This document shows, one piece after another, positions 57,567 through 64,000 of a stretch of DNA of 64,000 nt; position 1 is the stretch's first letter, and each line of letters opens with the position of its first letter. Under the pieces are notes generated by a model that saw only the letters and a program-made list of their open reading frames with translations, was not told the DNA's origin and made no database searches. The position numbers were made by a program, and so were the translations under genes. The stretch comes from Candidatus Sericytochromatia bacterium (GTDB taxonomy: Bacteria > Cyanobacteriota > Sericytochromatia > S15B-MN24 > UBA4093): positions 1 through 64,000 of the forward strand of contig JAKFBU010000043.1 in assembly GCA_036676985.1 (NCBI GenBank). Direction: 5' to 3'.

Positions 57567-59734
57567 GCCCTCGCCAGATACGGATCACACCACAGGGACG
57601 CCCATTGCATCGGGTTCTTGACGGGCACCGGATCCTGGCACGAGGCGAGGTTCGGCGCGGAGTTGACCCCCTCAGGAAGGCTCAGGATCTCGCTGGCGTA
57701 GAAGACCGCGCCTTCCTCGACCTGGTGGGCGAGGTTGGTGTCGAGGATCTCCTGGATCGCCGCGTCTGCTCCCAACTCCGAGAGGATGCGCAGCAAGTGG
57801 GGCGTCTCGCGCGGCCAGCAGACGGCTTCGTGGTACTGCTCGTCGCCTAAGAAGACCCGCTCGGCACTATCCTTGGCGATGACGCCGAAGGCGGCCGGGC
57901 GGCCTCCCCGGCTGCGGCTCACCAGCAGGTGCGATCGCACGGTCGACCAGACCGACGACAGCTCCTGGCGGGTGAAGACGCGGCTTCCCAACAATGCCAC
58001 CGCCTCGATGCCAGGCGACGTCACCATCGGGTCGGGTCGACCCTCCTTGGTGATGAGATTATACAGGAAGCCGACGCCCGAGTTCCAGAAAAGCCGCTTG
58101 TAATTGGCGATCGCCCGATCGTAGAGGCTCCGAATCTTGAGCGCGAGCGCCTCGTCGGCCACGAGATCGGCGAGGCTCAGCCCCACCTCCAGCATGCGGA
58201 TCCACTGGGCGTTGATCTCGGGCAGGTAGAAGCTGCTCTCCTGGTACTGCGCATGGGCATAGTGGCCGTCCTGGTAGTGCTGGATCTCCTCGATCTGCCA
58301 CTGGCGATCCACCCGGATGGGCAGGTCGACCACCTTGAGGCCGTCCACCTCCAAGGTGCGGCGGCCGTTGAGCCAGGAGTAATGGGCCGTCGTCAGCAAG
58401 AGGCCGGTGCCTGCGAGCCGCGGAGCCCCCGGCGAGACGGGCGCCTCGAAGGCGGCGAGGGCCTTGGCGAAAAGCGCGTAGAGGTCCTGGGCCACCTGCG
58501 GCTCATGCAGATAGGCCGGATGCTCGGACAGGAGCACGAAGAGCATCAGCAGCGGATCGGCCGACTGGTAGAAGTCGGACGGCAGGCGGCCGGTGCGCTG
58601 GAAGTGCGCGAGGTCGGCCGTGTGGTCGGGCAAGCGATTGGGGAGCCGTCCCGATTCGGGGTCCTGGTAGCGCAGCGCGAGGCGGATGGCCTCGCGGATG
58701 CGCCCGGCGCGCCCGAGCCGCGTCAGCGTCTCGTGGTTGTGCAGGAGGCTCGCGAACAGGGGCCGCAGCCAGGCCGTGCGGAACCACCAGCCGCCTGCCT
58801 CGGGCACGCGGTAGCCGCCCACCGGCAGGCCGTACTTCTCGGCCATGACGTAGCTGCGGGCGACGACCTCGGGCGAGGCCCCCGGAAGGGCTCGCGCGCA
58901 GGCCTCGTAGGCCGCGGCCTGGGCCTTGGCGAGGCTCGTGTGCTCCACCTGGACGTAGCGGGCGGCCTGCACGGCCTCGTCCTCGCTGGGGGCGGCCGCC
59001 ACCGTCAGGAGGACCGGACGCTCGAGGTCGAGCACGAGCCGCCCGAGGGTGACGCCGCGGAAGAACTCGCGCTTGAACTGGAGCTGGCCCTGGACCTGCT
59101 CGCGATCGCCTGACCCCAGCCGGTAGTACAGATCCCACACCTGGCGCTCGCTCTCGAACGAGTGGGCGGCACTGGTGGCGAGGGCCACGTGCCGGTGGTT
59201 GGCGATGGTGAGGAGGCGCGACTCCTTCTGCAAGACTTGATGGCCCTCGGGATCCGAGTAGTAGAACATGTGCCGCATGTCGAAGATGGGCTTGAGGATT
59301 AGCTGGGCCGGCTCGTCACCCTCGCCCTGCCAGCGGTAGCTCGCGGCGAGCACGCCCGTGTCGGCGGCCGAGAAGAGCTGGTAGTGGATCTCGAACCGTC
59401 CCTCGGGCGCGGAGTAGCGATAGACGGCCCAGTCGGGCGAGGCGGAGACGGGCTCCGGCATGAGCTCGACTGGAGCTCCCGCCACGAGCACCTGGAAGCC
59501 GATCCGATCCAGGATCTTCCAGTTTTCGCCGTGCATGAGGGCGAGCATGCCCTCGTAGGCGTAGTCCGTCCGGTGATACAGCAGGCCGTCCAGCTCGCGA
59601 AAGGTCAGGGACGATTGGCACCACTCGGCGCTCGGCACCCGGAGGGCCAAGCGCCGGGTGCGCGCATGGTCCCAGTCCGCATTCTCCAGGGGGGGAAACG
59701 TCGTGGCATCGACCTGGCGATGACTGTCGATCAT
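57563..59734 (-). CDS. Amylo-alpha-1,6-glucosidase / glycogen-debranching-like glycoside hydrolase
   Basis: EAGGWWF..W.R, GRLPN, SAD.LL, EINAQW and YH...WP motifs of the (alpha/alpha)6 GDE type. Confidence 0.65.
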   Translation of the reverse strand: MIDSHRQVDATTFPPLENADWDHARTRRLALRVPSAEWCQSSLTFRELDGLLYHRTDYAYEGMLALMHGENWKILDRIGFQVLVAGAPVELMPEPVSASPDWAVYRYSAPEGRFEIHYQLFSAADTGVLAASYRWQGEGDEPAQLILKPIFDMRHMFYYSDPEGHQVLQKESRLLTIANHRHVALATSAAHSFESERQVWDLYYRLGSGDREQVQGQLQFKREFFRGVTLGRLVLDLERPVLLTVAAAPSEDEAVQAARYVQVEHTSLAKAQAAAYEACARALPGASPEVVARSYVMAEKYGLPVGGYRVPEAGGWWFRTAWLRPLFASLLHNHETLTRLGRAGRIREAIRLALRYQDPESGRLPNRLPDHTADLAHFQRTGRLPSDFYQSADPLLMLFVLLSEHPAYLHEPQVAQDLYALFAKALAAFEAPVSPGAPRLAGTGLLLTTAHYSWLNGRRTLEVDGLKVVDLPIRVDRQWQIEEIQHYQDGHYAHAQYQESSFYLPEINAQWIRMLEVGLSLADLVADEALALKIRSLYDRAIANYKRLFWNSGVGFLYNLITKEGRPDPMVTSPGIEAVALLGSRVFTRQELSSVWSTVRSHLLVSRSRGGRPAAFGVIAKDSAERVFLGDEQYHEAVCWPRETPHLLRILSELGADAAIQEILDTNLAHQVEEGAVFYASEILSLPEGVNSAPNLASCQDPVPVKNPMQWASLWCDPYLARA

Positions 59735-59846
59735 CGGTCTGCTTGCCTCCTCTTCGAGTGCAAGGGCGCGGACAGCGATGAAAAGCGCTTGTTACGACAG
59801 TATATGACGAATTATGAATGGAGGCTACGGAGTTCTTACCGAGATG

Positions 59847-60584
59847 TTACGACCGCGCGAGCAGATCCAGGGAGCGAAGCGGACGTTCCGTCCGGGTCGT
59901 GAGCGCGGCCTTGAGGGCCGAACGCCCGTGGGCCAGGAGCCCGGGCTGAAGGGTGTGGCCCAACAGCTCGCCCAGCTCGACCGCGGCCAGGCGCTGCAAA
60001 AGGGTGAGGCCCTTGGCATGTAGCCGCATGCCGCCCGCCACCGCGTAGCAGCCGTCGCACAGGGCTCCGCCGCCTTCGCCGGAGAAGCCGCAGCCCTCCG
60101 TGCCGAGGGCGGCACCGCACTGGACGCAGGCGGAGAGCTCCAGCTCGTAGCCGAGCCCGTGCAAGAAGGTCAGCTCGAACCATGCCGTGACGAGCTCGGG
60201 GCTCTCGGCCACCTCAAGGGCGAGCAGGCTCGCGGCGAAGAGGTCGAAGAGCTCGGGATGGGCCTCGCCCTCCTCGAGGAAGGCCTCGATAAGCTCGGCG
60301 AGGTACATGCCGTGCAGGAGCCGGTCCAGGTCCGCGCGCAGGGCCCGGTGGGCGTGGTCGGTCTCGCACTGGGACACGACGTCCATGTTCTTGCCGGTGG
60401 CGAGGAACCAGGTGGCCTTGTAGAGGGGCTCGCTCTTGCCGCCGAGCTTGCTCTTGGCGCGGCGGGCGCCCTTGGCGACGACCCGCTTGAGCCCGTGCTC
60501 GCGCGTGAAGAGCACCAGGATCTTGTCGTACTCGCCGAGGGCGTGTTGCTTGAGCGTGATGCCGGTCGTGGTGTAGGTCGCCAT
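59847..60584 (-). CDS. recO: DNA repair protein RecO
   Basis: GEYDKILVLFTREHG...AKGARR.KS; zinc finger CVQC...CDGC. Confidence 0.93.
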   Translation of the reverse strand: MATYTTTGITLKQHALGEYDKILVLFTREHGLKRVVAKGARRAKSKLGGKSEPLYKATWFLATGKNMDVVSQCETDHAHRALRADLDRLLHGMYLAELIEAFLEEGEAHPELFDLFAASLLALEVAESPELVTAWFELTFLHGLGYELELSACVQCGAALGTEGCGFSGEGGGALCDGCYAVAGGMRLHAKGLTLLQRLAAVELGELLGHTLQPGLLAHGRSALKAALTTRTERPLRSLDLLARS

Positions 60585-60746
60585 GCGTCTCTCCTCTCCT
60601 TCATTATCCCACGCGGGGCGCCCCAAGACCAGTCATCATGCGGTTGCGGGCGCTTTCGGGCGTGGGGCGGGAACGGACGGCTGATTACCCGGGCCACGGG
60701 TGGGTAAGAAGCAAATGTTAGGCGCTCTAAGGAGGCTGGATTGAGG

Positions 60747-61559
60747 ATGCTGCGCACGTTTTCCTGGATGCTTATCCCCGCGATGGTCCTGGGGCTGGCC
60801 CCTGCGGCCTTGGCGGACGTCGTGATCACCAAGAGCGGCGAGCGCGTGTACGGCACGGTCCTGACCGAGACGCCGGTGGGCGTGTCCATCCTGGAGCCCG
60901 GCGGCCTGATGCGCGGCTTCCACGTGGACGAGGTGCAGGAGGTCCGGCGCGACCCCGCGACCCGGACCGCGGCCGGGGTGGCCGAGGTGCTGGAGCGCGA
61001 TCGCGTGGCCTACGAGGCCGAGTGGGCCAGGCTCCAGGCGGTCCAGAGCCAGCGCGAGTCTTTCTTCCACCTGGGGCACCAGCTGACGGCCGGGGTCCTG
61101 GGCGTGACCGCAGGCTCGCTGATGGTGGGGGGCGGGGCCAAGTACCGCCTCCTGGTGGGGCCTTACCTCGCGGCCTACACGGGCGTCGGCTACGGCATGG
61201 GCCTCGGTCGCCTCAAGCAGGGCAACTTCGACGAGGACGGCAACCTGGTGGACACCACGAACGTCACGGCGACCGCGCTCGAGGTCCCCTTCGGCCTGGA
61301 GCTGCGCTTCGCGGGCCTCTACGTGGGCGGTGGCGCGGCGTACCTGATGGCGAACAACGTCCCCACCAAGGACGAGTTCGTGGTCGCGAACCACGCGGCG
61401 GTGGTGCCGCAGGTGGTCCTGGGCTACCAGTACCAGTTCAAGCAGGGGCCGCTCGCGGTGGGGCCGGTGGTGGGCCTCGATCTGCGCTACACCCCGGCCG
61501 CCCGGAACCTCGCCAACGGTTACTATGGGGGCGGGATCTTCGGGGGCTGGACGTTTTAG
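60747..61559 (+). CDS. Hypothetical exported protein with a probable C-terminal beta-barrel
   Basis: Signal peptide ALA-DVVITKSG; beta-strand-rich; ends GWTF. Confidence 0.7.
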   Translation: MLRTFSWMLIPAMVLGLAPAALADVVITKSGERVYGTVLTETPVGVSILEPGGLMRGFHVDEVQEVRRDPATRTAAGVAEVLERDRVAYEAEWARLQAVQSQRESFFHLGHQLTAGVLGVTAGSLMVGGGAKYRLLVGPYLAAYTGVGYGMGLGRLKQGNFDEDGNLVDTTNVTATALEVPFGLELRFAGLYVGGGAAYLMANNVPTKDEFVVANHAAVVPQVVLGYQYQFKQGPLAVGPVVGLDLRYTPAARNLANGYYGGGIFGGWTF

Positions 61560-61570
61560 CCTTTGGAATA

Positions 61571-61642
61571 AGGAACCGTTCGCCCATCCAGGGGCTCATG
61601 CAGGAAACCCGTTCGCCCAATGTCTCGGGTGAACGGGTTTCT
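61571..61642. repeat. REP-like palindrome related to the 45.6-kb element
   Basis: AGGAACCGTTCGCC, then hairpin GAAACCCGTTCGCCC...GGGTGAACGGGTTTC between convergent genes. Confidence 0.6.
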
Positions 61643-61668
61643 AGTACTCAGGGACTTTCTAAGGTCGG

Positions 61669-62559
61669 CTAATCGACTACGTAGCCCAGCTGCTTGAGGC
61701 TCTTTGCCTGCTTGCGCCAGTTGGGCAGCACCTTGACCCAGAGCTCCAGGTAGACGCTGCGATCCAGGGCCTTTTCGATGGACTGACGGGCGGCCGCGCC
61801 GATTTCCTTGAGCTTCGAGCCCTTCTCGCCGATCAAGATGCCCTTCTGGCTGTCCCGCTCCACGAAGATCGTGGCCTGGATGAAGGTCTTGCCCCCATCC
61901 CGCTCCTTGAACTCGTCCACCCGCACCGCCACGGCATGCGGCACCTCTTCGGAGGTCTGACGCAACACCGCCTCGCGTACGAGCTCACCCGCCAGGTCCC
62001 GCTCGGACTGGTCCGTGACCTCGTCCTCGCTGTAGAAGGGCGGACCTTCCGGCATGCGCTCGACGATCTCCTTCAACAGGGGCTGCACGCCCTTGCCGTA
62101 GAGCGCCGAGATCACGTGCACCGAGACGTGCTCGCCGAGAGCCTCGTAGCTCTGGAGTACCTCGGGATCGACCTTGAGCGAGTCGACCTTGTTCAGGACG
62201 AAGACGACGGGCTTGTTGACCTTGGAGAGCAAGTCGGCCACGTACTTGTCGCCGCGCCCCGCGCTCGTGCGGCCATCCAACAGGAACAGGATGAGGTCCA
62301 CCTCCGAGAGCGAGTCGACCGCGGTCTTGACCAACTGCTCGCCAAGGAGATGCAGGGGCTTGTGGATGCCCGGCGTGTCGACGAAGACCACCTGCGCATC
62401 GTCCTCGGAGTGGATGCCCTTGATGCGGTGGCGCGTGGTCTGGGCCTTGCTCGAGACGATCGCCACCTTCTGGCCGAGGACCTTGTTCAGGAAGGTCGAC
62501 TTGCCCACGTTGGGGCGACCGACGATGGCAACGAAGCCCGAGCGGTAGGCCTTAGGCAT
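61669..62559 (-). CDS. era: GTPase Era
   Basis: GRPNVGKST, QTTR, DTPG and NKVD; KH domain GILIGEKG. Confidence 0.97.
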   Translation of the reverse strand: MPKAYRSGFVAIVGRPNVGKSTFLNKVLGQKVAIVSSKAQTTRHRIKGIHSEDDAQVVFVDTPGIHKPLHLLGEQLVKTAVDSLSEVDLILFLLDGRTSAGRGDKYVADLLSKVNKPVVFVLNKVDSLKVDPEVLQSYEALGEHVSVHVISALYGKGVQPLLKEIVERMPEGPPFYSEDEVTDQSERDLAGELVREAVLRQTSEEVPHAVAVRVDEFKERDGGKTFIQATIFVERDSQKGILIGEKGSKLKEIGAAARQSIEKALDRSVYLELWVKVLPNWRKQAKSLKQLGYVVD

Positions 62560-62974
62560 CGACGACTCCTTCGAGATCGCGGCTGGTGAAGCTGAAGGGC
62601 AAGAGCTCGTCCAGGCCAAGCTCCCAGGGCTCGCCGGGCTGGGCGAGCACGACCTGCATGGGGCCGAACTCCGCGAGCACCTGGCGGCAGGCGCCGCAGG
62701 GCGTGCAGGGAGCGGCCTTCTCGGCCACGATGGCCACCGCCACGAAGCGCTGGATGCCCTCGGAGACCGCCTTGCCGATGGCCACGCGCTCGGCGCACAT
62801 GGTCAGGGGGTAGGAGGCGTTCTCGATGTTGCAGCCCGTGAAGACCCGGCCGTCCTCGGTCAGGAGGGCGGCGCCCACCGGAAAGCGGGAGTAGGGGACG
62901 TGGGCATGCCGCATGGCCTCACGGGCTTGCTCGATCAGGGCCTGGCGGTCGAAGCCGCCGGTGCGCGCGCTCAT
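62552..62974 (-). CDS. cdd: Cytidine deaminase
   Basis: PYSRFPVGAA, NIENASY, CAER and PCGACRQ. Confidence 0.96.
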   Translation of the reverse strand: MSARTGGFDRQALIEQAREAMRHAHVPYSRFPVGAALLTEDGRVFTGCNIENASYPLTMCAERVAIGKAVSEGIQRFVAVAIVAEKAAPCTPCGACRQVLAEFGPMQVVLAQPGEPWELGLDELLPFSFTSRDLEGVVDA

Positions 62975-64000
62975 TAGTGAACCTCCGCAGGGACGGGGGA
63001 CGGGGGGGACGACGTCTTGAGGATGGCCTGCACGAACCCGAGGAAGAGCGGATGAGGCTTGCCGGGCCGGCTCTTGAACTCCGGGTGGAACTGGCAGGCG
63101 ACGAACCAGGGATGCTCGGGCAGCTCGACGATCTCGACCAGGCGCCCGTCAGGGCTGGTGCCGCTCACGACGAGCCCCTTCTCCGTCAGGCGCGGCAACA
63201 GGGCATTGTTGACCTCGTAGCGGTGGCGATGACGCTCGCTGATCTGGTCCGCGCCGTAATAGGCATGCGCCTTGGTGCCCGGAGCCAGGCGGCAGGGGTA
63301 CGCGCCGAGGCGCATGGTGCCGCCCATGCCGTTGACGTCCTTCTGCTCGGGCAAGAGGTCGATGATGGGGTACGGGCTGCCCGGGTCGAACTCGCTGGAG
63401 TTGGCCCCGCCGAGCCCCGCCACGTTCCGGGCGAACTCGATGACCGCCGTCTGCATGCCGAGGCAGAGGCCCAGGAAGGGCAGCTTGGACTCGCGGGCGA
63501 AGCGGATGGCGTTGATCTTGCCCTCGATCCCGCGCAGGCCGAAGCCGCCCGGGACCAGCAGGCCGTCGATGTCCTCCAGGTGCTTGTCCGCACCGTCGGC
63601 CTCGACCTCCTCGTCGGCGTGGATCCACTTGAGGTCCACCGCGACGCCCTCGTGGGCCGCCGCGATTCGCAGGCTCTCGATGACCGAGAGGTAGGCGTCG
63701 GCGAGCTTCACGTACTTGCCCACGATGCCGACCTTGATGGTGCGGGTGGGCTTGCGGAGGCGCTCGACGTAGTGGTCCCAGGCCTGCGAGTCGTTGGGGC
63801 CGTCCGCGGGCAGGCGCAGGCGGGCGAGCGCCTGGGCGGCGAGGCCCTGGGCCTCGAGCATCTCGGGCACTTCGTAGATGTAGCGGACGTCTCCGCTTTC
63901 GATGACGGCTTCCCGGTCGATGTCGCAGAAGAGGGCGAGCTTCTCGCGCACGTGCTCCGGCAGGGGCTGCTCGGTGCGGCAGACCAGCACGTCGGGCTGG
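62974..64000 (-). CDS. pyrG: CTP synthase (3' part; 5' end outside the window)
   Basis: VGKYV..DAY, VPGGFG.RG, GLCLGMQ, ERHRHRYE and QFHPEF. Confidence 0.97.
   Translation of the reverse strand, partial: QPDVLVCRTEQPLPEHVREKLALFCDIDREAVIESGDVRYIYEVPEMLEAQGLAAQALARLRLPADGPNDSQAWDHYVERLRKPTRTIKVGIVGKYVKLADAYLSVIESLRIAAAHEGVAVDLKWIHADEEVEADGADKHLEDIDGLLVPGGFGLRGIEGKINAIRFARESKLPFLGLCLGMQTAVIEFARNVAGLGGANSSEFDPGSPYPIIDLLPEQKDVNGMGGTMRLGAYPCRLAPGTKAHAYYGADQISERHRHRYEVNNALLPRLTEKGLVVSGTSPDGRLVEIVELPEHPWFVACQFHPEFKSRPGKPHPLFLGFVQAILKTSSPPSPVPAEVH

Overview
High-GC (about two-thirds G+C by eye) chromosomal window from a diderm bacterium. Cyanobacteria-like AcpP, Era and SmpB and no photosynthesis genes in the window weakly suggest a non-photosynthetic relative such as Ca. 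Sericytochromatia; this is inference only. The right third (about 45.8-64 kb) is core genome: smpB, yceD-rpmF-plsX-fabH-fabD-fabG-acpP-fabF-rnc-rpe, recO, era, cdd and partial pyrG. A Gly-Cys-Val tRNA cluster at 42.3-42.6 kb borders an accessory-rich left part. That part contains a CPA2 antiporter preceded by a RAPP-ending leader ORF, two paralogous lipoproteins (one with a Kelch propeller) beside a two-component system, and a heterodimeric ABC exporter. It also holds a Fur-boxed heme-uptake operon (TonB-dependent receptor, double HmuY, TonB, exported His-rich tandem CbiX-like chelatase, CxCxC outer-membrane protein, YncE-like propeller) and a cobalamin-riboswitch operon joining an acyl-CoA thioesterase and an orphan Kdd-like dehydrogenase to class Ia nrdAB. 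Four dispersed effector-like genes without signal peptides share an identically spaced sigma28-like upstream motif. No CRISPR array, transposase or integrase was seen. All family calls come from motif recognition, not database searches.
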